DNA of 64,000 nt from Clostridia bacterium. GTDB lineage: Bacteria; Bacillota; Clostridia; Oscillospirales; CAG-272. The notes below the pieces were generated by a model. It ran no database searches and was not told where the DNA came from. It worked only from the letters and a program-made list of their open reading frames with translations. The stretch lies in contig JAFTIH010000031.1 in NCBI GenBank assembly GCA_017456985.1, positions 421-64,420 on the forward strand. Direction: 5' to 3'. A program made the position numbers and the translations under genes. Below are positions 27,447-35,797 of this stretch, piece by piece. Every line of letters starts with the position of its first letter. The stretch's first letter is position 1.

Positions 27447-27528
27447 CTCTATGCGCATTTTTGGGGTTTTTGCATACTATGGTATCGAGGGTAAAACCTC
27501 ACTATCATATCTATCAGGGGGAAATACC

Positions 27529-28398
27529 ATGGCAGAAAGCAGATGCTCTTGCGGCCAGGGTAGCTTGACCTCGGGCTCGCGCGAAACCGTATGCATCAGC
27601 ACGATGCGGGTTTTGGACTCTTGCCGTGACAGAGACTGTTACGAGGACACCAGGGTTTATTTGACGCCCTTCGGTCAGGAAATTATCGACCGCACCACCA
27701 CCGTGCGCACCAAGGATGCCAAGATCGTCGCCACCTCGGTCGGCGTGAATGAGGTCCCGTTCAACGGTGGTTTTTATCAGATTACCGCACGCTTCTACAT
27801 TCGCTTGAAATTTGAAGGGTGCCTTGCGCCGATGCGCGCACAGGAATTTTACGGACTCGCCATCGTGGAAAAGAGCGTAGTCCTTTACGGCGGTGAAGGA
27901 AGCGTCCATATTTTCCGTTCGGACGCTTGCACAAACTTCTGTGCCGCCCCCGTTTGCTCGGACGGAAATTCGAGCTTGCCTACCGCCGTGATCGAAACGG
28001 TGGATCCCGTCGTGCTTTGCACGCGGATCACGCAGGACTGCCAGAGTGGCTGTGGCTGCAATACCGATGCTTGCGGATGCCAGAGTGGCTGTGGCTGTGC
28101 TTGCACCTGCGGGTGCGACGACGCGTTGCCGCTTGAGGTCGCAGGGCTCTTTCCCGAGGGCTTTGTCACGGGTGGATGCAACCGTATCGAGCTTGGCATC
28201 GGAATGTTCTCGGTCATCCGTTTGGAACGCCCCGCACAGTATCTCATCAGCGCCTCGGAATACTCCGTTCCCGATAAGGAATGCGGTCTGTCCGCTTGCG
28301 ATGACGACCCGTGCAGCATCTTCCGCACGATGCCGTTCCCGACGGCGCAGTTCTATCCGCCTGCTCTGCGTGAGCGAGCAGGGAAGCAGACTCACTAA
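27529..28398 (+). CDS. 289-aa cysteine-rich protein (24 Cys) with a CGC-repeat core, function unknown
   Basis: ATG at 27529 follows an AGGGGG SD. The N-terminus is CSCGQGS...CRDRDC, and the core CQSGCGCNTDACGCQSGCGCACTCGC is encoded at 28039-28116. The antisense ORF 27514-28413 is a shadow. Confidence 0.65.
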   Translation: MAESRCSCGQGSLTSGSRETVCISTMRVLDSCRDRDCYEDTRVYLTPFGQEIIDRTTTVRTKDAKIVATSVGVNEVPFNGGFYQITARFYIRLKFEGCLAPMRAQEFYGLAIVEKSVVLYGGEGSVHIFRSDACTNFCAAPVCSDGNSSLPTAVIETVDPVVLCTRITQDCQSGCGCNTDACGCQSGCGCACTCGCDDALPLEVAGLFPEGFVTGGCNRIELGIGMFSVIRLERPAQYLISASEYSVPDKECGLSACDDDPCSIFRTMPFPTAQFYPPALRERAGKQTH

Positions 28399-28406
28399 AC
28401 GCAAAA

Positions 28407-28430
28407 GAAGCACGGCAAACGCCGTGCTTC
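28407..28430. terminator. bidirectional terminator between the Cys-rich gene and cysS
   Basis: GAAGCACGGC-AAAC-GCCGTGCTTC flanked by AAAA and TTTCTCTT. Confidence 0.8.
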
Positions 28431-28436
28431 TTTCTC

Positions 28437-29849
28437 TTATTTGTTGATCTTGTACTTGGTGCCTTGGGGGGTGTCCTCAAGCGTGATGCCGCGTGCGGCA
28501 AGATCCGCGCGGATGCGGTCTGCCTCGGCATAGTTCTTGGCACGCTTTGCCGCCATACGGGCTTCGATCGCCTCTTCGATCTCGCGGATAAGCTCGGCGT
28601 CCTCGTTCTCTTCCTTGACAAAGCCGAAGAGCGTCGTCATCTCGTCGAAGATCGCCTTGCCTGCCAAAACGGCGGCACGGGAAGCGGGGGTAGTGCCGTT
28701 CATCGCCTGGTTGAGCTTGCGGATGAGGTCGTAAAGCGCCGCAATACCGCCGCCCGTGTTGAAGTCGTCGTCCATCGCTTCGATCATATCGGCACGGCAA
28801 GCTTCAAAGTCGGCAATCAGTGCCTCCTCACCCTCGCGCAACGCGTCGCCCTCTGCGTTCTTGACGTAGAAGGCAAGCGCGTCAGCACAGCTGAAGATGC
28901 GCTCAAGCGCCGCACACGACTGCTCGATAATATCCTTCGAGAAGTTGATAGGGCTACGGTAGTGCGAGGAGAGCAGGAAGTGACGGATGGGAAGATAACC
29001 GTACTTTTCCGCGATCTCGCGCACGGTAAAGAAGTTGTTTAAGGATTTGGACATCTTCTGATTGTCCACGTTGATGTAGCCGTTGTGCATCCAGAAGCGG
29101 GCAAACGGTGCGCAATTGCAGCACTCGGACTGTGCGATCTCGTTTTCGTGGTGGGGGAAGATCAGATCCTGACCGCCGCAGTGAATATCGATCGTCTTTC
29201 CGAGGTACTTTTTGACCATCGCGGAGCATTCAATGTGCCAACCGGGGCGTCCTTCACCCCAAGGGGAGGGCCAAGAGGGCTCACCCGGCTTTGCCGATTT
29301 CCAAAGTGCAAAATCAAGCGGATCCTCCTTTTGCTCGGACACGTCGATACGCGCGCCCGATTCGAGGTCCTCTACCGCAATACCCGAGAGCTTGCCGTAG
29401 TCCTTGAATTTGCGCGTGCGGAAATATACGTCGCCGTTCGAGGGATAGGCGTAGCCCTTATCCACCAGCGTCTTGACGATGTCGAGAATGGTGTCGATAT
29501 TGTCCGTTGCCAAGGGATGGACGGTGGCGGCGCGCACGCCGAGCCCCTGCGCGTCGGTGAAATATTCTTGGATGTAGCGCGCGGCAAGATCGCTGTACGT
29601 GATGCCCTCCTCGTTGGCGCGACGAATGACCTTATCGTCGATATCCGTGAAGTTCTGTACGAACGTCACCTCGTAGCCGCGATATTCAAGATAGCGGCGG
29701 AGCATATCGAATACGGTAAAGCATCTTGCGTTTCCGACGTGGAAGAAGTTATATACGGTAGGACCGCAGGCGTACATTTTTACCTTGCCCGGGGTAATGG
29801 GAACGAATTCCTCTTTTCTGAACGAAAGGGTGTTGTAAAGCTGGATCAT
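28437..29849 (-). CDS. cysS: cysteine--tRNA ligase
   Basis: Class I HVGN (HIGH-type) and KMSKS motifs. ATG at 29849 lies 7 nt after GGTGAGG. An alternative GTG at 29861 overlaps the upstream stop. Confidence 0.93.
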   Translation of the reverse strand: MIQLYNTLSFRKEEFVPITPGKVKMYACGPTVYNFFHVGNARCFTVFDMLRRYLEYRGYEVTFVQNFTDIDDKVIRRANEEGITYSDLAARYIQEYFTDAQGLGVRAATVHPLATDNIDTILDIVKTLVDKGYAYPSNGDVYFRTRKFKDYGKLSGIAVEDLESGARIDVSEQKEDPLDFALWKSAKPGEPSWPSPWGEGRPGWHIECSAMVKKYLGKTIDIHCGGQDLIFPHHENEIAQSECCNCAPFARFWMHNGYINVDNQKMSKSLNNFFTVREIAEKYGYLPIRHFLLSSHYRSPINFSKDIIEQSCAALERIFSCADALAFYVKNAEGDALREGEEALIADFEACRADMIEAMDDDFNTGGGIAALYDLIRKLNQAMNGTTPASRAAVLAGKAIFDEMTTLFGFVKEENEDAELIREIEEAIEARMAAKRAKNYAEADRIRADLAARGITLEDTPQGTKYKINK

Positions 29850-29857
29850 ATCAAACC

Positions 29858-30280
29858 TCACCGTGTGTTTTCTTTATCAAAGGTTATTATAGCGCTTTTT
29901 CCTTTGTTTGTCAAGGGCGAAGAGCGTTTCTTTTGCCCTTTGATGGCGAAAATTCCACTGCCGATGAGAAAGAATCCCAAAATGAACCGCAGGACGGTCT
30001 TAGGAAGCAGAGCGGCGACCGCACGCCCGACAAATGCCGCGGGAACGCCGAACAAAAGAAGCAAGAGCAAAAGCGGAGCACAAAGGCGACGCGCGCGCAG
30101 ATGAATGAAGGCGGACGCAAGAATCGCCGAAATAAAAAACACGAGGTTCAGATATACGGCGCTCTCGTGCGGCAGGGCAAGGACGTCCGAAAGATAAACG
30201 AGAAAAAAGCCGCCGCTTCCGACCCCAAGCCCGAGGGGGATAGAAAGAAGCAAAACCAAAAATTCAGACAAATAAGGCAA
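29858..30280 (-). CDS. half-size TSUP (TauE/SafE) transporter subunit, distal half
   Basis: About 4 TM segments with GLGVGSGGFF and a terminal LRFILGFFLIGSG. A TTG start at 30280 after AAAGGAG is preferred; the track start is 30301. Confidence 0.6.
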   Translation of the reverse strand: MPYLSEFLVLLLSIPLGLGVGSGGFFLVYLSDVLALPHESAVYLNLVFFISAILASAFIHLRARRLCAPLLLLLLLFGVPAAFVGRAVAALLPKTVLRFILGFFLIGSGIFAIKGQKKRSSPLTNKGKSAIITFDKENTR

Positions 30281-30677
30281 AATAAATCTCCTTTCCCACA
30301 AGATATGCGCCCGAGCCGATCAAGAGCAAGGCAAAAAGGATGCGAAGTGGCTTTGGGGGGATCTTTCCCAAAAGCATCGCTCCCACGGCACCGCCTAAGA
30401 CGGCGAGAAGGGGGAGAAGGGGCGTTACAGCGGCGGGCGCTACGGCGTTTTTGCGATATAAAAACAGAGTTTGCAGGGATAAAAGAAGAATTCCTACCGA
30501 GGCGGTCGCATAGCCCTTTTTCTCCGCCCCTTCTTTGGAGAGAACGAAATAAAGCGGCACACCCCCGCCCGTTCCGAGCAAGCCGTTCAAAAAGCCTGCA
30601 AGGCACGCTGCAAGTATGCGGCGCCGCCCCGTTCCTTTTCCATCCGTTTTTCTTTTTTGAGAATGAAAAAAACTCAT
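30264..30677 (-). CDS. half-size TSUP (TauE/SafE) transporter subunit, proximal half
   Basis: ATG at 30677 (MSFFHSQ...). About 4 TM segments with GLLGTGGGVPL and a terminal LRILFALLLIGSG. The longer track ORF to 30962 is antisense to ftsK. Confidence 0.6.
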   Translation of the reverse strand: MSFFHSQKRKTDGKGTGRRRILAACLAGFLNGLLGTGGGVPLYFVLSKEGAEKKGYATASVGILLLSLQTLFLYRKNAVAPAAVTPLLPLLAVLGGAVGAMLLGKIPPKPLRILFALLLIGSGAYLVGKEIYFALFV

Positions 30678-30695
30678 TCTTTTTTTAGTAAACAC

Positions 30696-30724
30696 TTGTA
30701 ATTTTTCCTTTTTTTTGGTAAAAT
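30696..30724 (+). promoter_or_regulatory. sigma-A promoter for ftsK
   Basis: TTGTAA (30696-30701), a 17-nt spacer, then TAAAAT (30719-30724). Confidence 0.5.
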
Positions 30725-30789
30725 AAAATGGAGAAAGTATCTGTGTCTTGGGACGCATCCCCGATTGATGATAAAGAAAGGATTCGATT

Positions 30790-33633
30790 ATGGCAAAAGA
30801 AAAAGAAACCTTTGAAGAAAACGCTGAAGAAACGAAGAAAACGGCGAACGATAAAGAAACGAAAGAAAAGAAAGAAACGAAAAAGACCCGTGCCGAGAAA
30901 AAGCCGCCGCGTGAAAAGCGTGCGCGCCGTGTGCGCCGCGCGCCCGACCCCTCGGCGCCCATCCATCAGGTCATGCCCATCGTGATGACGGCGCTTGCCG
31001 CCTTTTTCGGGGTCTGCCTCTATACGGGGGCGGAGATGGGCGTGCTGGGCGGCGGTGTTGCCGCTGCTTGCTTCGGTTGCTTCGGTCTTGGTGCCTATTT
31101 TATTCCCGTAATGCTTTTGCTCTCGGCAATCCTTTGGCAGAGAAACGTAAAGCAGGGAATTCTCGGTCGCTCGATGGCGTTCTACGTCCTCGTTATTTTT
31201 CTCGTTTCCGTGCTTACTTATACCTTTGGCATGCCCGAGGAGCACGCAGGCAGTGTCAGTGAATTTTTTGCGCTCGGACAAGCAAGAGTCGGCGGCGGTA
31301 TCCTTGGCGGCCTTGCGGGCTTTGGGTTGAACTATCTGGTTTCTAAGGTTGGAACGATCATTTTTACGATCGCGTTGCTTTGCATTTTCCTCGTTTTGGG
31401 TATGGGGCTTCGTCCTCTTGCCCTGTGTAAGACGGCGGCAGACGCTTTGCGCCGCCGTGCCGTCCGTGCGCGGGAAAAACGCCGTCTTGAGCGGGAAGCA
31501 CGCGTTGCGCAGGAAATGGAGCGCCGCAACGAAAAGATCCATAACGAAAGCAATTTCTACGAGGAAACGGGTCTTACCGCACCCCGTCCGTCGCCCAAGC
31601 CGCACATTGCGGGCGATGGCGCATCCGTCTTTTATCCTGCGGCAAGGACGCCCGCCCGTCCGAGCGGCGGCAGACGCTTCTTTGACGCCAAGGAAGACAC
31701 CCCCGCCACTCCCGATCCCGCGTCTGCGGCACGCCCGCAAGCACCCGTGACCGAGGAAAAGCACCCCTCTGCGGTGCGTACGCTCTTTGATGCGGAAAAA
31801 GAGGATCAGAGCGTGGCTCCCACCAGCTGGGGCGCTACGGCGGAAACCCCTGTGGCACCCGAGGATTCGCTTGAGATCCAGATCGTTTCGAGCAAGCCCA
31901 TTCCGAGCAATAGCGACGATCCCTTCGGCACGAGCAAAACGACGGTGGAGCGCGTGTTCCCCCTGCCTTCCGAGAAGGTAGCGCCGCAAGAGGATCCCGC
32001 GGCAGAGGTACCCGCGACCCAAGAGCCTGCTCCTGCCGAACCCAAGGAGGATGCCGAGGGCGCCGTCATCAATAAGGCGCACGTCGTAGAGCATATTGGT
32101 GCCGAAACGCTCGGAGAAACGAAAAAATACACGAGCGACACCTTCTTTTACAGCTTCCCGCCGCTTTCTCTTTTGCGCGAGGACGATACCTGCAACAAGG
32201 AGGACAGCGACCAGGAGATCCACGCCAAGGAAATGAAGCTCAAGGAAACCTTTGAGGCGTTTGGTGTCGGCGCAAGGATCAGTGCCATCACGCGCGGTCC
32301 CCGTATCACACGCTACGAGGTCGTGACCGACGCGGGCGTGCGTATCAACAAGGTAGAAAGCCTTGTAGATGAGATCACGATGAATTTAGAGGCGGTTTCC
32401 ATTCGTATCGAGGCACCTATCCCGGGCAAGGCGGCTATCGGTATCGAGGTCCCCAACGTCAATACGACGACGGTGCGCTTGCGCGGACTTTTAGACACGG
32501 ACGCCTTCCGTAATGCCTCGGGTAAAACGACGGTATGTCTTGGCGTTGACGTTGTGGGCGTTCCCGTCTATGCGGATATCGAAAAAATGCCGCACTTGCT
32601 CGTTGCAGGTGCTACGGGTATGGGTAAATCCGTCTGTATCAACTCCATCCTCGTCAGTCTGTTATACAAAGCGACGCCCGACGAGGTCAAGCTCATCCTG
32701 ATCGACCCCAAAAAGGTAGAATTCAAAGCCTATGCGAACATTCCGCACCTGCTCGTCCCCGTAGTCACCGAGGCGCAAAAAGCGGCAGGTGCGCTTGCGT
32801 GGGCGGTCAACGAGATGGAACGCCGATACGACGTGATTGAGTCCGCAGGCGTCAGAAATATTGCCGCCTATAACAAAACGGTGCCGGATCACCCCGGACG
32901 AACCAAACTACCGCAGATCGTGATCGTTATCGATGAGCTTCACGACTTAATGCTCCAAGCACAAAAGGCGGTGGAGGATTCGATTGCCCGTATTGCCGCT
33001 AAGGCGCGTGCCGCAGGCATTTATCTGATCATCGGTACGCAGCGCCCCTCCGTCAACGTCATCACGGGCGTCATCAAGGCGAACATTCCTTCCCGTATTG
33101 CGTTCCACGTGGCGTCCCGCATCGATTCCAACACCATCCTTGACTGCATTGGCGCGGAAAAGCTTTTGAATAACGGTGATATGCTCGTTCTTTCGCCGGG
33201 TATGAAGTGGATGACGACCAAGCGTATTCAGGGCGCCTTTCTGGACGACGATGAGGTTTTGCGCGTAACGGACTATTTGCGCAAAAACTCCTCCGAGGTT
33301 CAATACGACGAATCCATCCTTTACGATATGGAGCGCGAAAGCGAGCGCTACAACAAGGAGAAGAAGGGAAGCGGCAGCTCGGATGAGGGCGATTCCTTTG
33401 ATCCCGATGAGGATGAATTTTTCTACCGTGCCGTAGAGCTTGCGATTGAGCAGGGTGACATTGCGACATCCTCCTTACAGCGTGCCTTTAAGATCGGTTA
33501 CGGCAGAGCGGCGCGCATTATTGACGGTATGGAAAGCATGGGCATCGTTGGTCCTAAGGACGGCACGAAGCCCCGAAACGTCATCATCACCAAGGAAGAG
33601 TATTACGAGATGCGCTTGCGTCACGACGAATAA
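30790..33633 (+). CDS. ftsK: DNA translocase FtsK/SpoIIIE
   Basis: 947 aa. Domain order is a K/E-rich N-tail, 4 TM segments, a Pro/Ala-rich linker, a motor domain (GATGMGKS Walker A, IVIDELHDL) and a C-terminal gamma winged helix (YRAVELAIEQGDIATSSLQRAFKIGYGRAARIID). Confidence 0.93.
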   Translation: MAKEKETFEENAEETKKTANDKETKEKKETKKTRAEKKPPREKRARRVRRAPDPSAPIHQVMPIVMTALAAFFGVCLYTGAEMGVLGGGVAAACFGCFGLGAYFIPVMLLLSAILWQRNVKQGILGRSMAFYVLVIFLVSVLTYTFGMPEEHAGSVSEFFALGQARVGGGILGGLAGFGLNYLVSKVGTIIFTIALLCIFLVLGMGLRPLALCKTAADALRRRAVRAREKRRLEREARVAQEMERRNEKIHNESNFYEETGLTAPRPSPKPHIAGDGASVFYPAARTPARPSGGRRFFDAKEDTPATPDPASAARPQAPVTEEKHPSAVRTLFDAEKEDQSVAPTSWGATAETPVAPEDSLEIQIVSSKPIPSNSDDPFGTSKTTVERVFPLPSEKVAPQEDPAAEVPATQEPAPAEPKEDAEGAVINKAHVVEHIGAETLGETKKYTSDTFFYSFPPLSLLREDDTCNKEDSDQEIHAKEMKLKETFEAFGVGARISAITRGPRITRYEVVTDAGVRINKVESLVDEITMNLEAVSIRIEAPIPGKAAIGIEVPNVNTTTVRLRGLLDTDAFRNASGKTTVCLGVDVVGVPVYADIEKMPHLLVAGATGMGKSVCINSILVSLLYKATPDEVKLILIDPKKVEFKAYANIPHLLVPVVTEAQKAAGALAWAVNEMERRYDVIESAGVRNIAAYNKTVPDHPGRTKLPQIVIVIDELHDLMLQAQKAVEDSIARIAAKARAAGIYLIIGTQRPSVNVITGVIKANIPSRIAFHVASRIDSNTILDCIGAEKLLNNGDMLVLSPGMKWMTTKRIQGAFLDDDEVLRVTDYLRKNSSEVQYDESILYDMERESERYNKEKKGSGSSDEGDSFDPDEDEFFYRAVELAIEQGDIATSSLQRAFKIGYGRAARIIDGMESMGIVGPKDGTKPRNVIITKEEYYEMRLRHDE

Positions 33634-33668
33634 CCCGAAACGGAGATTTTCTCCGAGAAAGGAATTTT

Positions 33669-34241
33669 ATGATCTATTTATTGCTTGCGGACGGCTTTGA
33701 AGAGGTTGAGGCGCTGACGCCGCTTGACCTTTTGCGCCGTGCAGGAAAAGAGGTGCGCACCGTCAGCATTACCGCCTCGCGTACGGTTTGCGGCGCGCAC
33801 GGCATTTCGGTTTTGGCAGATATGACGGCAGAAGAGGTTTCCTTGCCGTGTGACGAGCTCTTGATCCTGCCGGGCGGTATGCCCGGCACGACCAACCTTG
33901 ATGCTTCGCCTCTCACGGATCGCTTGATCAAGGAGGTCTTATCCCACGGCGGACGCGTCGGCGCGATCTGCGCCGCTCCCTTGATTCTCGGCAAGCGCGG
34001 GCTTCTTGCAGGGCGCCGTGCCGTTTGTTACCCGGGCTTTGAGGATGCGCTCAAGGGCGCTACAGTGCTCGACACCTCCGTCGTGACGGACGGTGCCTTC
34101 ACCACGGCAACGGGTGCTGGCGTCGCCGTTTTGTTCGGGGCAGAGCTCGTTTCTCTTCTTTGCGGCAAGGATGCGGCAAAGAGCTTGCTTCGTGCGTTCC
34201 GCTATACCGATCTTCAAAACGAAAGGGAGCTGTTCTTATGA
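33669..34241 (+). CDS. DJ-1/PfpI (ThiJ) family protein
   Basis: EEVEALTPLDLLRRAG and the nucleophile elbow AICAAP. Confidence 0.85.
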   Translation: MIYLLLADGFEEVEALTPLDLLRRAGKEVRTVSITASRTVCGAHGISVLADMTAEEVSLPCDELLILPGGMPGTTNLDASPLTDRLIKEVLSHGGRVGAICAAPLILGKRGLLAGRRAVCYPGFEDALKGATVLDTSVVTDGAFTTATGAGVAVLFGAELVSLLCGKDAAKSLLRAFRYTDLQNERELFL

Positions 34242-35113
34242 GGCGCCGAAGCGCAAAGCGCGCCTGGCTTGAAAACAGAGATCTTCTTCTGTTCCTCGTG
34301 TTTTCCGTTTCGCTCCTTCTGTTCTTCGGTTGCCTTTTGCTGATCCCGCGGGCAGAGAGCACCCCGCTTCTTCGCGGTTGTGCGCTGCTTTTATCCCTTT
34401 GCTTGCCCGCGCTTTTCTACTTGCGCAGCGAAAATGGGGAAACGTTTGCCCTTTGGGGTAGGAAAAAGCAGAAGATTTCCCCGCTTCGCCTTTTGCCCTT
34501 TGCCCTTGCCGCCCTGTTGCTCGGCGTTTTCGTGGCAGAGCTTTTCGATCTTTCCTTGGGAAAAGAGCTCCTTTTTTCCCGCTTTGCGTATGAAAACGCG
34601 TTTTCTCTTGCAGGACTTGCTTCGGCGCTCACGTATGCCTTTGCAAGCGCGCTTCTTTCCTTCGGGTTTTTGGAAAATCAGCTATCGTCGCAGGGAAGAG
34701 CGGTGTCGCTCGTGGCGCCCGCAATCGTCTTTGCTGCTCTCGCCGCCGCCCCCAAGGCAACGCCCGTGCTTTTCCTCATAGGACTTATGCTGGCTCTGTC
34801 GCAGCCCCTTTTCGGCGGACTTGCTCCGTTGCTTGGCTCGTTTGCCTTTACCGTGGGCGGTTATTTCGCTTCCGTAGGACTGTTTACGAGCGCACGGCTA
34901 CCCTTCGTCACGCGCCCCGTCTTTTTGCTCGTGGCAGGACTGCTTTCGCTCATTCTTCTTTTCGTTGCGTTCTACCGCGTGCCTCTTCGCGCGGCGCTGC
35001 AAAGCAGAGTACGGACGCAAAAGCGCCCCGCCGTGTTTTGGGGAAGCTTTTCCTTGCTCGTGCTTCTTTTGTCGCTGTTTTACTCGCTTTTTCTTACAAA
35101 ATGGATTGGATGA
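34238..35113 (+). CDS. polytopic membrane protein, unknown function (possibly a degenerate CPBP-like protein)
   Basis: ATG at 34238 overlaps the upstream stop (ATGA). About 8 predicted TM segments and no intact EExxxR motif. Confidence 0.55.
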   Translation: MRRRSAKRAWLENRDLLLFLVFSVSLLLFFGCLLLIPRAESTPLLRGCALLLSLCLPALFYLRSENGETFALWGRKKQKISPLRLLPFALAALLLGVFVAELFDLSLGKELLFSRFAYENAFSLAGLASALTYAFASALLSFGFLENQLSSQGRAVSLVAPAIVFAALAAAPKATPVLFLIGLMLALSQPLFGGLAPLLGSFAFTVGGYFASVGLFTSARLPFVTRPVFLLVAGLLSLILLFVAFYRVPLRAALQSRVRTQKRPAVFWGSFSLLVLLLSLFYSLFLTKWIG

Positions 35114-35119
35114 AAACAA

Positions 35120-35797
35120 ATGGTACTTGAACAAAAACAAACGCATATTGCATATCATTGTCCCCACTGCGGCACCGCAGTGATGGGCTACGTCGGAGAG
35201 TTCGCGCTTGCCGCGGATATGTTAAAGATCAAATGTGACTGCGGACAAAGCGTAATGACGCTCACCTACACCAACGAGAAAAAAATACGCTTGTCCGTCC
35301 CTTGTCTGTTCTGCGAAAGTCCGCATCATTTCGTCGTTTCGCAGGAGTTATTCTTTGGCAGAGATATTTTCCTTTTGAGCTGTCCCTTTATGGGAATGGA
35401 CGTTTGCTTCGTCGGAAAGCCCGAGCCGTTGCAAAAGGCATTAAGCGAGAGCGCCAAAACGCTCAACGAGTTTTTCGAGAAAAACGGAATGCTCCTTCCC
35501 ATCAATGAAACGCGCGACGAGGATGGGGAAGAACGCCCCGAGCTCCCCGAGCTTCCCGACGAGGACGTTTACGACGTTATACATTTTCTCGTGCGGGACT
35601 TGGAAGCGGACGGCGCGATCGACTGCCCCTGCGGCACGGGTCCCTACGAAACGCTTTTGTGTGAGGGCGGCGTTCTCGTGTATTGCGAGGAGTGCGGTGC
35701 CGAGCACTTCTTTCCCGTCGAAAGCGTATCCCAGGCGGAAGCGTTTTTGTCTTTAAACGCGCTCACGCTTTCTCCCAAAGAGGATCAGACGCCGTAA
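35120..35797 (+). CDS. multi-zinc-ribbon cytoplasmic protein, unknown function
   Basis: CPHC...CDCG, CLFC and CPCG...CEEC cysteine pairs are separated by an acidic linker (DEDGEERPELPELPDED). Confidence 0.6.
   Translation: MVLEQKQTHIAYHCPHCGTAVMGYVGEFALAADMLKIKCDCGQSVMTLTYTNEKKIRLSVPCLFCESPHHFVVSQELFFGRDIFLLSCPFMGMDVCFVGKPEPLQKALSESAKTLNEFFEKNGMLLPINETRDEDGEERPELPELPDEDVYDVIHFLVRDLEADGAIDCPCGTGPYETLLCEGGVLVYCEECGAEHFFPVESVSQAEAFLSLNALTLSPKEDQTP

Noticed and set aside
27447-27528. Sporulation-sigma promoter (CATACTA at 27473-27479 and CATATCTAT around 27506-27514) upstream of the Cys-rich gene
   Set aside because: The -10-like strings are off by one position from the sigK CATAnnnTA pattern. 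No convincing -35 sits at the right spacing. This is too weak to call without a scoring matrix.
27514-28413. 299-aa minus-strand ORF opposite the Cys-rich gene
   Set aside because: The plus-strand frame has an SD, an ATG and structured Cys motifs, and it sits between a promoter and a terminator in the right orientation. The minus frame runs straight into the bidirectional terminator and has no SD.
29085-30104. 339-aa plus-strand ORF
   Set aside because: It is antisense to cysS and the TSUP half-gene, and the cysS frame carries the HIGH-type and KMSKS motifs.
30685-32223. 512-aa minus-strand ORF
   Set aside because: It is antisense to the ftsK N-terminus and linker. It is extremely Arg/Gly/Ala-rich, and the FtsK frame has TM segments and motor motifs.
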